From Octopus bimaculoides (lineage: Eukaryota): a DNA stretch of 64,000 nt. Numbering within the stretch: the stretch's first letter is position 1; the number at the start of each line of letters is the position of its first letter. The stretch covers positions 40,766,679 to 40,830,678 of the forward strand of contig NC_068999.1 in NCBI RefSeq assembly GCF_001194135.2. Reading direction: 5' to 3'. The notes under the pieces are model-generated. The model saw only the letters and a list, made by a program, of their open reading frames with translations, ran no database searches and had not been told where the DNA came from. Made by a program: the position numbers and the translations under genes. Below, piece after piece: positions 12,742 through 27,389 of this stretch.

Positions 12742-13029
12742 TATACGTATTTTAATTATTTATAACAGTACAGCACCAACTTTTTGGACATTGATGGGGC
12801 AAAACCTTATAAACCGCCAAGTTACGAGTAGGGACTTCGAATTCCCGCCGTCGGGCTTCAGAGATTAAATTATTTAAAATGAAAAACGCAGTTGCCTTCA
12901 GTGAAATTTGAACCCAAACACACATCAATTAGTAATTCCACTGTCTAGTGAAATATAGGGGTCGAAGATATCGTCACCCCGTTTCCGCCGAAACTAATGG
13001 TTTTGTACCTTCATTAGAAACATTTATTA

Positions 13030-13330
13030 ACATGCTAATGTTAAGAGTAGTCTGAAACATATCTTGGAGAACTCATCTCCCTAAGAAACAGTTGTATGGA
13101 AATCTCCTGCCTCTTGCCACCATTATAAGGGAAATGTGCTTGCGCTTTGCGAGACATTACTGGCAAGCTAAACTAAATCTGGAAACTAACCTACTGTTAT
13201 GGATGCCAAAGCATGGCTGTCCTCGTGCAGGTCGTCTGATTACAACGCATTTAGATCATCTTAGTAGAGATACTGGATGCATCCACGAAGACATCCCACA
13301 ATTAATGCAGAACCGAGTGTGTATTAAACA
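13030..13330 (+). mobile_element. RTE-X-like LINE, decayed ORF2 C-terminal fragment
   Basis: Translation MLMLRVV*NISWRTHLPKKQLYGNLLPLATIIREMCLRFARHYWQAK...LLLWMPKHGCPRAGRLITTHLDHLSRDTG matches the remembered RTE/RTE-X pattern NISWxxH...QLYGNLP...LRFAGH...LLWxPxHG...GRP..TY.D.L..DTG. Confidence 0.75.
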
Positions 13331-13584
13331 GATAATGTTTGCCATTTGCGGCTATATTGTAAATAGCAATTAATATAAGATATTAATTTCGTCTAATGTT
13401 GTACGGACTTTTTAAAATCCTTTAAAAGACAGTGGTTACAAACGCATCTCAGAAGTGACCTGCTTGGAGTTTTCACGACTACCACAATATATACAAGTGG
13501 TCATTCATCAACTTATACTCCCCAATCTCTGCCTCCATTTTCCTCTACGTTTCTCCAGCTTCATCTTTCAATTTGTTTTTATAA

Positions 13585-13970
13585 GATAGAGGCGCCGCGA
13601 TAACTGTGAATTTAGAAAGTTCACCTTGCAACCATTGTGGCACTTTGGGGGGAGGTTTTTTCTTCTATAGCCAATGCTTTTTGAGTGAATTTGGTAGATA
13701 GAAACTGTGTGGAAGGCCATTGCGTTTGTATATCTATCTGTGTGTGTCTTTGTCCTTTTGTTTGTCCACCACAAGGCTTGACAAGAGTTGCTTTGTTTAC
13801 ATCCACGCAAGGTATCGGCTCTGCAAAAATAGAAATAAAAAGGCTGGTAGAATAATTTTCAGACTTAATAACCAGATTAGTACAGGGGTCTATCTATTAT
13901 GCAAAAGCCCTTCAGTGTGATGTCCTATAATGACCGCAATCCAATGATTGATACAGAGGATAAAAGCTAC
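13585..13970 (+). mobile_element. SINE family B, full length, diverged
   Basis: Head, then GTGGCACTTTGGGG, GAGTGAATTTGGTAGATAGAAACTGTGTGGAAG, a short TG middle, and a 3' module ending AATGACCGCAATCCAATGATTGA. Confidence 0.7.
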
Positions 13971-15159
13971 ACACTAAAGAATTGAATGGAATAAAACAAC
14001 ACTTTAAAAACAAAAACACACAAAAAGAACTACTTTACATGATCTTGCATTAATTCACAGATAATCCTTTAAGCAAGGTGCAATATTAATTTCGTTTCGT
14101 TTCTAGAATTCACTTAAACCTCTCTCGACAATGCTATAGTGTATGTTACAGCTGGACGTTTGGATTTGTTTCTTCCAAATCTTCAGATTCCTCTCAATTC
14201 CTGCAAAGTGAAAGAATAAAGTGCTTTCGATTCGAAATTTCTCGCTTGAAGCAAATCAGTGAACGAAGGCGATTTTTGTGGCTGTGAAGGTGGTAAGGCA
14301 GGAATTATATAAAGATTCATATATGTGTATGTACACATGTACCTACGCATATATATGCACATGTGTAGATAAGTGTGTATATATGATATAGTTATTGCTT
14401 GTTTCTGTTAGTCTGTGTAAGCATGTGATATACATAAATGCCATATATGTGTGAACACAAGTTTAAATGTGTAAGTGTAAAATATATTTATTGTTTATCA
14501 CAGAACCTCTATAGTTACGAAGTATATATTAATGCGTATGGATATGTGTGGCCGCACAGTTGTTCATAAGAATGTGTATGTGTGTCTGAATATATACTTT
14601 GTATGCGTGTATGCAACTTTTACATTAAGATACGTCACAACTTCACAGTAAGGAACTCGAAAATAAATTCTTCGGCGACTTGTTCCATGCCGAAAGAAGA
14701 AATATGGAATTTAATGAGGTTCCGCAGAATGATGAAGAGCTCAGCTGTTGATTTTCAGAACAACCAAATATTGGGATACTTTAGAGTAGAATATATAATT
14801 AGTATTTAGCTTCAAGTCAGCCTGGATTTGTAGATCTATGTTCAGCGAGACACTCCCTGCTGTGCTCAACTCAATTTGTCTCATCTTTTAGGATACTTCG
14901 TACACAAGACTATATAATCCAAAGAATTTTTCTTTTTTTCTTTTTCTAAGATGATATAAAGAAGGTTTTGGCTCAATTTCTCGCAGAGCGAGATGCCACA
15001 TGGAAGTTTCCCTGTCAGCTCTACCAAAATATGCATGTGTTGACATTTAGCCCTCCCAGGCAATTCTAATCGATTAGACCTATGGATGAAAACATTCCAA
15101 ACACGACCGTCCTGTATATTGTCAAGATACTATACCTATTATTAATATGTTGAACAGTG

Positions 15160-15380
15160 AAAGGCGGCGAGCTGGCAGAATCGTTAGCACACCGAGCAAA
15201 ATGCTTAGCGGTATTTCGTCCATCTTTATGTTTCGAGTTCAAATTCTGCCGAAGTCGACTTTGCCATTTATCCCTTCCAAAGTCAATAAAATAAGTACCA
15301 GTTGAATACTGAGGTCGATGTAATTGTCTTACCCTTCCCATAAACTTGCTGGCCTTGTGCCGGAATTGGAAATCAATATT
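15160..15380 (+). mobile_element. SINE family A, full length
   Basis: AGGCGGCGAGCTGGCAGAATCGTTAGCAC...GAGTTCAAATTC...GTCGACTTTGCC...AAGTACCAGT...GGCCTTGTGCC. Confidence 0.9.
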
Positions 15381-15399
15381 TTGTATTTTGATAGATTAA

Positions 15400-15575
15400 A
15401 TTGAAAGAGATGTAGCTGCTATATTCAGCCAGGCGAACAACTACATAGAGGCTCTTTATTTGGTTAGTACTGTTTAGATCATCAAACCCTAGTTGATCCT
15501 ATGAGAACGACCTTGGGTTAAATATTAAGTATTCCAGGTGAGAGCATCCTGTCTTTTACAGATATGTCAGGTTTC
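15400..15575. mobile_element. Dispersed repeat family D, decayed copy
   Basis: A GCTGCTAT(T/A)TTC motif recurs at 7800-7818, 15410-15430, 35823-35839 and, reversed, at 36135-36151. Confidence 0.4.
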
Positions 15576-16293
15576 GTCTTTATAGATTATTCATTACAGA
15601 AAAACAAGAATCATAGAGCGACAGCAATGACAGAACGCATCGCTTCCATGTAGAAGTTCAAGTGTTCAATGAATATAAAACAACTCAGTCTTCACTGCAG
15701 AACTTCGAAAAAAACATTTGACGTGATTCTTTGCAACTGATAGGGTTCCTCCATTTTGTTACACACATTTCTCTACTATCTTATATAACCGTAAACGAAA
15801 TAAGACAGGAGTGCTGCAATGGCGGTTATAAAGCTGCTCATGAATATTTAAAATTCAATACACGACAAAGTTGTCGATCACGTTAAATTCACACGAATTC
15901 TAAATAATCTTTAAAACGTAAGCCTCAAGTATATATTTGGTTGCGTTAGCTGAGGAAGCTCGGTTCGAGAGTAGTGAATAATTAGAAAATAATGTCTGAA
16001 AAATATATATCTAGAGATGAATATATCCGAAATCAATAGGGATATTTTATACTCTCAACACCAATTCTGGTTTCGTCATTAAACATGACTCAATATCAAG
16101 GAAGTCAGAAACCGAAACTCTGTAATTTAGATACATGCAGGTCTAGATGGTTCTTTCCTTCTTTCTTTCTTTCTTTTTTCTTTATTTATCGCTAGATTAC
16201 AATAATTATGTGATGCTATTGCATGGAAGTATATATGGAATATATATATTGAATACGATATTTTGTGTGTGAAAAGGAGAAAGAAACGGATAG

Positions 16294-16295
<2 letters not shown>

Positions 16296-16366
<71 letters not shown>
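16296..16366. repeat. (CA)n microsatellite
   Basis: Directly visible. Confidence 0.98.
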
Positions 16367-16367
<1 letters not shown>

Positions 16368-16864
16368 TGTGTGTGGTGGGTGCTAGAGACTGAATACTTT
16401 TGCTGTATAAAATACGCCTGTTTTTCCATCACTTTCGCCCTCTAACCCCCGCCCGGTCTCATCCTCTCCTCCCTCTCGTCTAAACCGCTGCCACCACGCC
16501 ATCCATCTCCCTCAGCATAATTTCAACACCGACAGAATATATAGATCGAATAGACAAGCACCTAATAGTGTTCTTTTAAGATGTTCTGGTAACACCCATC
16601 ATCATGAGGAGACGAGACAAATTAGTGGAACATTAATGTTATTTCCATTGTGTCTTTATATTCTTGTGGCTGTCTTGACGATGGTGGGTAACAGGAGAGG
16701 TAGTAACTTGCAGAATATTTTGTGGACTCTGACTTTTCATAGAGATACTTGTTGATGTGGTGCTGCTTGTTGGTGTTGTTGTTGTTCGTTGTCCTATTTA
16801 TGTCAGATATTATCGCTTGTATTTTCCTCATTTTCGTCTCACCTATGTCACGATTTTATAAAGA

Positions 16865-16865
<1 letters not shown>

Positions 16866-16897
<32 letters not shown>

Positions 16898-17136
16898 ATA
16901 ATATTCATTTATTGTGTATTGGCTGGCGGAAAAGAAAAAATAGAAATCCTCTTTTATCACTGCTGTACTGTAGAGGTGTGTGTGTGCGTGTGTGCATTTG
17001 TATATTTATGTGCGTGTGTATAGCTGTATGAAAGTGTTCATTTGTGTGTATGTATGTTTTTCTATATGTATTTATGTAAGTGTGCGTGTGTACATCTATA
17101 TGTACTTGTGTATATATACCTATATTATACATGTGT

Positions 17137-17203
<67 letters not shown>

Positions 17204-17500
17204 TATGTGTATCCGTGTGTGTGTATATATACCACTATGCATGAGTGTGTGTGTGTGTGTATATATATATACCTCTATGTATGCGTGTGTGTGTGTGTAT
17301 ATAGCAATACATATGTGTGTACCAACACGCGTGCGCGCGCGTGTGTGTATATACCTACATGTATGCATGCGTTTGTACCTATATATATTTATGTGTGCGT
17401 GTATATACATACACGCACATCTATAGATGTGTGTGTGTATCTACATGTCTACATATAATATGCGTACGTGTGTGTGTGTGTGTCTATGGATATGTGTGTA
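16866..17500. repeat. A30 run followed by mixed (TG)/(TA)/(TATG) low-complexity tract
   Basis: Directly visible. Confidence 0.9.
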
Positions 17501-17617
17501 TAATGTTATTAGCTTTCAACTTAACATTGTAAATACGCCAGATCGTGAAGAATTCCTTAAACAATCAATTGGGAGGGATGTTGTTATTTCCATCGGATTC
17601 TATGAGATTTTAACGAA

Positions 17618-17656
<39 letters not shown>

Positions 17657-18439
17657 CGTACGGTATATATTCTGAAGAATATAGTAATGTAAACAAATTA
17701 CTTAACGGATCAATGTTGATCGAATAATCACTGTATTAGTAGATCATAGAGGCCTAATTCTATATAGAAAATCTCCTTCAAGCAGATGAAGTCATTCCCC
17801 ACACCGCCACGCTCCGAATGGAACGATCTACTGTCAGTTCAACAAATAACCAACCAGCTTAAGTCCAATACTGGAAATAAAATTAAAAAAACGAAGATAC
17901 AAAAAATATCTAAACTTAAAATCCAAATGAAAAAGAGCAAACAAAAGCAGACGATACGATTGCCTTGAGCTCGCCATGACAGCAACATTGGCAAAAAAGC
18001 CTTCATTTTGTTTTTCTAACCAATGATACAATACAACGCCATATTTCGCCATTTTTAAAGATGAACTAATTTTTTGTTCTTTTACTTTTATTATCTTCTT
18101 TTGTCTTTTTCGCTGTTCTTGTATTTGAGTACGATTTTTGTTTTCTGTAGTTGTTGGCTTTTCTTTTTTGTTGTTATGTTTGTGGAAGACGAAATGAAGT
18201 TGCGTTCGCACTTCTGTCAAGGAGAGGAAGGAAAAAAATCGATCACGTAGGATTCCTGGTTTCACACATTTCAGAATCTAATCAAAAGTTCAAATAGAAT
18301 TTATACCCAATTTTTAGCGAACAGATTTGGCTGTGAATATATTATCCTTTGAATAAAATAAATAACTAAGTAATATAACGAATCTCGTCGCTTATTTGAT
18401 GAAGTAAAATAAATACTGTATTCGTTGGAGGTAATTTAT

Positions 18440-18980
18440 TTTCTAATGTTGTTAGGCGTTGAGGGAGTTGTTTGTAGTTGGCGGTGGAGATGGTGCTGAT
18501 GCCGTTAGTGGTGGCGAGGATTTTTCGTTGGAGTGTCAGCTGATAGTGTCGACGACGCTGGTGCTGTTAGTGATGTTGGTGTTGGTATTTTTGTGGCGGG
18601 GGTTGGCTATATTGGGGGTTTATTGTGGGGTTGTTGATTGATGGGGATGCTAGTGATGTCGCTGGTGTTGTCAGTGATGGCGACGATGGTGTTGATGTCG
18701 GTGAGGACGGCAGTGGTGGCAGCGACAACGGCGATGTTGTTCTTTTCCGTGGCGTTGTTCATGCTGGTGGATGAGAAGAGCAGTGCTAGGGCTGTTGTTG
18801 GCGCTGGGGTCGCCGGTGACTGGGGTTCTCATATTAGAGATCTTGTTGGTAACTGATGCTATCGGTGGAGTGGTGTCGATGCTGTGGCTGTCTGTCGGTG
18901 CCAGTGGTGTGTAGTGACAGTTCTTGTGTTCTTTCTGTTATTGCACCTGCTGATGGAAGTGGTGGTGATGTTTTTTCTCT
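18440..18980. repeat. Cryptic (GGT/GAT/GTT)n trinucleotide region
   Basis: Directly visible degenerate triplet repeats. Confidence 0.85.
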
Positions 18981-19824
18981 CTTATTTCATGTACTTTTAC
19001 GTTTTATTTTTGATATCTGTGTGAGAATGTGGTGTATCGATAATTTGATTTAGATAGAACGCCAGATAGAGATCGATGTGATGTTTCTGTGTTTCGATAA
19101 AGACTGATTGGTGCAGATAGAGAGGCAAAGATAACAAAGCCGAAAGGAAGAAAAAAAAAAAACAAGGCAGACATAACGGGCAAATGACAGACAGATGGAA
19201 GGAAAGAATGATTGACTGAAGGGGGGAGGGGGAATGGAAAGAAAAAAGTGAAAGAAAGAACTTTACAGAAAGACAAAAAGAGGTATAAAAGAAAAAAAAA
19301 CAAAAGAAAGTCAACAACAAGGGGGGAGGAGAAAATAGAGAGAAGTAACGAAAGAGGATGGAGATGAGGTTATTTTATTGAAAAACAAAAACAAATAAAC
19401 AAAAACAAATAAACAAAAACAAATATGTTTGGTCAAATATTATCATAGATTCATTCGATATAGCCTGAATTTCTGAGATGACCAATTCGTGTTGTTATTC
19501 ACTGATTTATTCGGACTAGTGTCTTCATCTTAGTTGTTGTAGCCACCACTTTTCGGCCGTTATAATCTCTGGCCTTGCTCAGGTACTTCTCGTAATCGAT
19601 ATTATCCTCAGATTTCCAATCCGGAATCCTTTATCTGATACCAGTTATCGACAGCCAATTTCTTTTCATGTAATTGCTAAATAAATCATTAACTGATCAC
19701 CCAGTTCCTTGCCCTTTGTCTTCTCCAAGAGGCAACGATAGCTTTTTCGAAAGCTCCCCCCCCCACCCCGATTGACAACAATCTCCCGAATGTAATAGTT
19801 TCTTTACTCATCATTTTATCTGTT

Positions 19825-20045
19825 ATTTGTTTGTCATTTACTGCGGCCACGTGGGGCACCGCCTTGAAGGATTTTTAGTCGAATGAATCGATCCATTATT
19901 TATTTATCTTTTATTCTATTGTTTGTTTTGCCGAACCGTAAAATTTTGGGGACGTAAACACTACAACACCTGTCATGAAGCGCACGCGACGAACTTCTTT
20001 CAGTTTCCGTCTGCCAAATACTCTCGCAAGTCTGCGGTCAAGGAT
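19825..20045 (-). mobile_element. SINE family B, internally shortened
   Basis: CTGCGGCCACGTGGGGCACCGCCTTGAAGG...TTGCCGAACCG...CTTCTTTCAGTTTCCGTCTGCCAAAT. Confidence 0.8.
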
Positions 20046-20739
20046 GCTGTTTCTCGCTCCTACCCATCAGTCGTGAAGGTCATGCTAAGTGTCACGAGTA
20101 GAGCTTTTTCTTTTTCACTCTTCACTAAAACATAAAAACAGGACAGGCCCTTCATAAGCCTGGCCTGCACGGAGATAATTCATTGTGTGCTTGGTAACCA
20201 TTGCGGTATCTTAACTATGTGACGGAGACACTTGTCTGGTTGAACCGGGGTTCTCAAGTTGCTTATGGTGTCTGCTCTGCACCGCTTCCACTTTCAAGCA
20301 CATCGATGCAACTTGGCGATTCCGATAATCACCGCCTTGCTTCAATTGACACTGGCACCTGTCTATCATTGCTAACCAGGTGGTGAAGGGTCTAAATGCC
20401 GCTACGAGGACACCATTGATAGGAATCGGCATTTGTTTTCACAACACAAAAAGCTGAACGAGTTAACTTCAAAGAGGCAGCTCCCTTCATATTCTAATAA
20501 TCTCTGCGAACCCGTAGGATTGGTGCTTAATTTATCGACCTTCCTACAACGTTGCCAGAAAAGCTGATCTTATCGGGATTTGAAATCAGGACAGGAAGTA
20601 CTGCAACAAATACCGCATGATTTTCTTTCTCACGATCAAAACAACTTTGACAAGTGCATCGTCTTTTTACTTGTTTGAAAGGTACATGGCCTTGACCGCG
20701 GGGGTTAAAACAAGTTAAAGAACAATGTCTTGTGTGGTA

Positions 20740-21180
20740 TTTCTTCGAGCATCACCACAACGGGATCAGTTCACGTCTACCACTACTAATGCCCCCCCAC
20801 CTGCCACCACCACCACCACCGCCACCAGAAACCATTGTTTTCACCATCCCCACCATCATCATCACTGACAGCATTCCCACAACCATCGCCTCTACCACCG
20901 ACTCTGTCATCACCATCATCAACAACACCACCACCACCACCAACCGTACCCCCACCATCATTATCATCTCCAGCAGCACCCCTAACATCACAAACAATAT
21001 ATTCACAACCACTGTTACCATCCGCCACCATCACCACCACAAATATCAACAGTTTAAATCACCATCGCCAACGAAATTCAACTAAACTCGCGACCATTAC
21101 TATCATTACCGCCACTTCCTCCACCACCATAATCAACAGAGCTGCCTTCCGCACCACAATCCCCACCTCCGCCAGCCAAT
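20740..21180. repeat. Cryptic (ACC/ATC)n trinucleotide region
   Basis: Directly visible. It explains the Thr/His/Pro-rich ORFs. Confidence 0.85.
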
Positions 21181-22625
21181 ACAAAAAAGAAAAATCACCA
21201 AGCAATCAAACGCCGAAAATATTTGTGTTCCTGCTGAGTAACTTTAGAATCACAGTTTTATATACTTAGTCATATGTTATGACAGTTATTCACAGCTGGT
21301 AGGACAGGTTTTTCTAAATTGTACTTTCCTGCTTTTGTTAATTTTTATTTATATATTTACGCTACACAAAATATTATTCCTACTTAAATAATACGCAGAG
21401 CTTCTATGTGAACAATAAACGTGCTACAGAAAGAAAAAAAATATAACAAGAAAATCTCTTTCAAAAGTCTCTCTAGTGTTTTTACGCAAGGAATGAATCC
21501 TTTGGCTATTNNNNNNNNNNNNNNNNNNNNNNNNNNNNNNNNNNNNNNNNNNNNNNNNNNNNNNNNNNNNNNNNNNNNNNNNNNNNNNNNNNNNNNNNNN
21601 NNNNNNNNNNNNNNNNNNNNNNNNNNNNNNNNNNNNNNNNNNNNNNNNNNNNNNNNNNNNNNNNNNNNNNNNNNNNNNNNNNNNNNNNNNNNNNNNNNNN
21701 NNNNNNNNNNNNNNNNNNNNNNNNNNNNNNNNNNNNNNNNNNNNNNNNNNNNNNNNNNNNNNNNNNNNNNNNNNNNNNNNNNNNNNNNNNNNNNNNNNNN
21801 NNNNNNNNNNNNNNNNNNNNNNNNNNGATTTAAAAAATTCGATTTGTATCCCCGGGTATTTGAATCTATCGTCATCAATACACTGCGGATTGGAGGTGTT
21901 AATCAATCTGAGTTGAGGGCTAATTGTTCTGGGTAGAGGGGGGGGGTGCTCCAGACTGATTTGGTGTCTTTACACCTTTTTAATGTTCAATGAGAAGTTT
22001 TCGTCAAGGCAAGATTCAGTGATTGGCTTTCTTAAAAGTTCGAATCTCTCAAGCATATTTCAACTAGTAACACATATCGATACACTATCGTTTTGTGAAG
22101 ATTATTTGTATTCCCAGTTTCAAATTTTGGTCTTGGATATACACACGCACCCGTGTGTCTACAATAAGATGGTTAGGCCTGCCGGATTTGAAGTCCTACT
22201 TTTATTATAATAAATACTCCAAAACAAAAATTAAACACGATGGTCATGGCCAGAATACACACGCACGCACACACACACACACTCAACATCTGACAGACTT
22301 CGGTACTGTTTCCGACACTCAATTTTTTTTTAATCACAAAGCATAGGTCAACTTGGAACAATTGCAGAAGATATTTTGCTCAATTTTCCACATAATGGAT
22401 TCGAACTGGGAATCGGGTGGTTGAGAAGCCAAACTTTCTACCTCTGCAGCTATGTAGATGCAGGTATTTAAAATACATCGAGACTAATGTGGAAATTTGC
22501 ATGGATCAGAAGTGGGTTGGGGTATGGTGCTTAGTGGGCGTTGTCGATGTGATGTTTTACATGCGCAGTCATCAACATGACAGACTGCGCTAAACACGGA
22601 AACATAGAAAGCAAGAGAATGAAAG

Positions 22626-22658
<33 letters not shown>

Positions 22659-22974
22659 GATCAGGTTACTAATAACATGTAGAACGTGATACTTCGGAGG
22701 GTGTGGAGCAATCGATACGCTGTGTGACGGATTTGATTTTACATGTTGTAAAAAAGGGTGAGGGTGCATTATTTGCTGGTATTTCTATTTATACATCCGT
22801 GTCTCGGGATCGAAGTACACTTCTCCCATTTTCATTTTGGTTGAAAAACATCACCATCGCAGCATTCGTCGTAGCACGACTTCGATTTTTTTCTTTTTAA
22901 CGTAACGAAACGCAAATGTCAACACGCATTTGATCACTAAAATCCTCCATCCATACACGCACACATGCATATGT

Positions 22975-23116
22975 GGGGTGGGAAAAGGTTTAAGCAGTAC
23001 ACTTTGCAAACCACACAGCCTCGGTTTCAGTCCCACTGCGCGGCGGCATACTCGGGTGTCTTTTAGTGTAGCTCCGTGCCTACCAAAACCTTGTAAGTAA
23101 ATTTGGTAGACGTAAA

Positions 23117-23147
<31 letters not shown>
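22975..23147 (+). mobile_element. SINE family B, 5' half, running into (TA)n and gap 23148-23836
   Basis: TTTCAGTCCCACTGCG...CCAAAACCTTGTAAGTAAATTTGGTAGACGTAAAC, then (TA)n. Confidence 0.75.
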
Positions 23148-24982
23148 NNNNNNNNNNNNNNNNNNNNNNNNNNNNNNNNNNNNNNNNNNNNNNNNNNNNN
23201 NNNNNNNNNNNNNNNNNNNNNNNNNNNNNNNNNNNNNNNNNNNNNNNNNNNNNNNNNNNNNNNNNNNNNNNNNNNNNNNNNNNNNNNNNNNNNNNNNNNN
23301 NNNNNNNNNNNNNNNNNNNNNNNNNNNNNNNNNNNNNNNNNNNNNNNNNNNNNNNNNNNNNNNNNNNNNNNNNNNNNNNNNNNNNNNNNNNNNNNNNNNN
23401 NNNNNNNNNNNNNNNNNNNNNNNNNNNNNNNNNNNNNNNNNNNNNNNNNNNNNNNNNNNNNNNNNNNNNNNNNNNNNNNNNNNNNNNNNNNNNNNNNNNN
23501 NNNNNNNNNNNNNNNNNNNNNNNNNNNNNNNNNNNNNNNNNNNNNNNNNNNNNNNNNNNNNNNNNNNNNNNNNNNNNNNNNNNNNNNNNNNNNNNNNNNN
23601 NNNNNNNNNNNNNNNNNNNNNNNNNNNNNNNNNNNNNNNNNNNNNNNNNNNNNNNNNNNNNNNNNNNNNNNNNNNNNNNNNNNNNNNNNNNNNNNNNNNN
23701 NNNNNNNNNNNNNNNNNNNNNNNNNNNNNNNNNNNNNNNNNNNNNNNNNNNNNNNNNNNNNNNNNNNNNNNNNNNNNNNNNNNNNNNNNNNNNNNNNNNN
23801 NNNNNNNNNNNNNNNNNNNNNNNNNNNNNNNNNNNNAGTAGTCTTGCTTGTAGTCGTTTTCACTATGAGTCATGTTTAACAACGAAACCTGATGTAGTCT
23901 TGGGTAAATAAAAATATAACGATTTTGGATATATCCACTCTCAGTACATAATTTTATAATCCGAGATAATTTTCTTCCCAACCTTTTCGACACTGACAGC
24001 CACCCCCTTTTTTTTTTATTTAAACGAATTGTTCAGATAGTAAGACTGGGACTTTTTACCCCTGACACTTCTATAAGTCTCCCGACCGTTCAAGCATTCT
24101 TCCCTTTCTCTTCAACCTACTTTGGTTCCTACGAAAGGCCTTGTTGAGCTCTGGCTATGTACAGCTTTATAGAATTAAAGATTATTATGGAATGCAACTT
24201 TGTTCTCGACTTCTGGCTGTATACTCTCAAGATCACCTGATTCCCTTATTCTGGTACTTGACTGTACTTCAGTGAGTTTGTCAACGCGAAATCTTTCTGA
24301 TTAATACCGAGATGATGTTTAATAGCAATCAGCTTGGATATATCTGAAACCACTAGAAAATTAGCAAGAATTTTCTGGAAAAGCTCTGTGTGTTGTTAGC
24401 CTAGTCGTTCCTGCAGACTTATGACTTTTACTTTCGAGTTAATCGTACTTTTCCTGCCACTGATTTCAATGGCAGTTTGCCATGCAATGGTCGTTTGTTT
24501 GTTTGCTACTGCACACGCAATCAAATCTGTTTTACACAAAAGAAAGTAAAAACAAACTATATATTATACATAGCATGTTTTCATCATCATCATCATCATC
24601 TTCTGAACTAATTTTAGAGTTAAAACTACTTACAACAACGTGTGACTTTTACATCGAAAGTATTACATTTCGAACTTGGTATACTATCAGCTTCAGAGTA
24701 ATAGGAAATATTTATATACAATTATTTCCTATATAAATATTCATAATTATTTTAAAGCTGTATTAGTAAAACTTTATGGAATTCATTAATTAACACTTTT
24801 CAAGACCAAATTGCAAAATTAGATACCAACATATAATTAATTATTGATACAGTCTGACGAGAGAAGACACGTAAGTCGAACAGTCGATGGATCATAATGC
24901 AGACCTTTTTTCGGTCTTATCAACTCCTGCATTTAAACCCCAGCCTCTTTCTATTTATCTTTTTCTCCCAGTTTTATTGTTT

Positions 24983-25025
<43 letters not shown>

Positions 25026-25774
25026 CATCCACCTCTTTATCTCCACTTCTCTATCTCCATCTCTCCCTATCTTAGTCAAACTGCGTTACACAATAATCAA
25101 TATACAGAATAAATCACAAGATGATGTAGATTCGAATACTATATGTTGGTGAAAAATTAAATCATAGAACATACCAATGAATTAATTTCATTAATCACAA
25201 AACTGATTTAGTGAAAAACTAGATATACTTACTTAATTAAATTGCTCTATCATATGTTATATTATTGCGTTATGGAATACTTTTTTAATTTTCGAATTGT
25301 TGACAATTCGATATACTCTGGTGTTTTCTCTATGTCGGCAAACATGTGTGTAAGCGTAGAATATTTGTGTGATAATACGCTCATATCAGTGAAATAATGC
25401 CCATTATCTTCTAGCCGATTATGATATTCTTCAAACACAGCACTGGTGTAGTTATAACAAGAAATATATACAAACTATGATGGAAGTCTATGAGATATTG
25501 ATAAAGAGATAGTACATTAGGCAAATATAGGAATATGAGTAAATATTCTTCTCGACCAAATCATTTCATCGTCTGTCCAAATCAGCAACTGTTTGATATG
25601 ATTAGCCAAGCTAATCCCTCCTTTGTTGCAACCTTCAGTTAGTTCCCCATGTAGGCTAAACTCTCTTTCTCTCTTCTCTCTCTCATGTGCATTTGTAAAT
25701 CATAAGTTGCTACACTATTTCATTTTAGAACCCACTGCGTATCTTCTCAAATTACTGCAGTGAATGATTGCATA

Positions 25775-26080
25775 TCTTTCACTTGTTTCAGTCACTGGAC
25801 GACGACCAGGAAGGAGAGACCATTTTGAAGGGTTTTAGTTGAACAAATCGAACCTAGTAGTTACCCTTTCTTTTTTCTTTTTTTTTTACTTGAAGTCAGT
25901 TACTGATTCTCTCGATATTTTTCTCGAAAAGCTAACTTACAGGAATATATACAAAGCAACACCGGTTGTCAAATAGTGAGAGGTGGCACAAAGCGACATG
26001 TACACACATGAAACGAGCTTCCACACAGTTTCCATCTGAATCACTCATAGGGCATTGGTCGGCACTTGCCAATAATACTG
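25775..26080 (-). mobile_element. SINE family B, diverged
   Basis: TGTTTCAGTCACTGGAC...TTGAAGGGTTTTAGTTGAACAAATCGA...CAACACCGGTTGTCAA...GAGCTTCCACACAGTTTCC. Confidence 0.7.
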
Positions 26081-27040
26081 CCGAATAGTTACTGCCTGAA
26101 AGCTTTCGATTACGGGCGTACTGTATAGAATTAACCAGAGATTAATCACAACTGCGTTTTCTAATTTCTTCTATCTGATTTTTTTGTAACCAGCAGTGCT
26201 GCTGCTGTTTATCTCCTGGTTGTTCTGAGATGCTTGGTCTAAAACCTACAGACTTTTAGAATCAACATGTAAAAATGTGACAATTTTCTTTTTCTCCTTA
26301 TTTTCTATTGAATATTTCGTTTCTGTCAGACTTTAATTATTTATAAACATCCGTTCGTTAATGCCTTTATTCTTTTAATACTTTCGTGTTTTATTGTAGT
26401 CCGATACATGTAAACACTTTTTAAAATGTTTAATCATGCTTTGGAATTTCGTGTTGATAATGAAAAACCAGCATCTCCAATCATGATAATGTCATTGGAA
26501 ATCCATTAAAAAGAATAAATTCAGTTAGGGTGAAATGAAGTGAACCCAGTTAGACGAATGCTTCTATTGTGATTGGGTTGATATTTCGACAGCAACACCA
26601 TCGCACAAATGAGATGGAGTTTTTTTTTTCTTTTCTTCTCTCTCTATTTTGTTTTCTTTCTGTAAACCATATCAGTGAGATGTCCTCTTTAGAAATATGG
26701 CGGACCTATGAATGAACGAAACGATTGAATAATGAAAAATATTATTTTGAATATATTTTCATCCATTTCATGCACTTTATTTATTTCCAACTAATCGAAA
26801 GAAACAATAAAAAAAAAAAGGTATTCACTTTTCCATGTCGTTTCTTAAGGTGTGCCACTATAATCAAACTCGCTCCAACTGTGACCATCCTGTTCTATAT
26901 GATTTTTTAAAAATTTTGCTTTGTTTTTTTTTTGTTTTTGTTTTTCTTATTAATATATTAGTCTAGTTTGAAGGAGATTGGGCGTTCGAGACTAAACAAG
27001 CGTCTTGAAGTCTCGTGTGAGTAAGTTGGTCTGTTTTTGT

Positions 27041-27077
<37 letters not shown>

Positions 27078-27389
27078 CAATGCGTTGTTTCCTGAATTAA
27101 TTAAATTACAAAAATACAGGTAGGAATAGGTGACACAAATAACAATAGTAGAAAAGAATTGATGGCTGTAGCGATAGCGGTGGTAGTATTTTATAGCATT
27201 ATGTGCTGCTTATTAGACTACTCTTATGGTTACAATAACTATTAGAATAACTACAATTGCAGTTGCTACTACTACTACTACTGTCATTATATAATCCTCT
27301 TTTAATGGCATATTTAAATTTTTTTATTCATTCCCATTGGTTTTGCCCATAATATTCAAACGTCACTACTAAAGCTTCTCACCTTCTCT

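Noticed and set aside
14187-14292. Plus-strand exon-like segment (TCTTCAG| ... GTG|GTAAGG)
   Set aside because: It has stops in all three frames and no supporting context. It could only be non-coding and cannot be verified here.
19499-19800. Protein-looking minus frames (PDWKSEDNIDYEKYLSKARDYNGRKVV; LAVDNWY)
   Set aside because: They are short, in different frames, lack acceptors, and show no recognisable family.
20732-21269. Mucin-like Thr/Pro/His-rich ORFs, and the Val/Gly-rich ORFs at 18459-19053
   Set aside because: Several frames on both strands are open because of cryptic ACC/ATC or GGT/GAT repeats. There is no domain signal.
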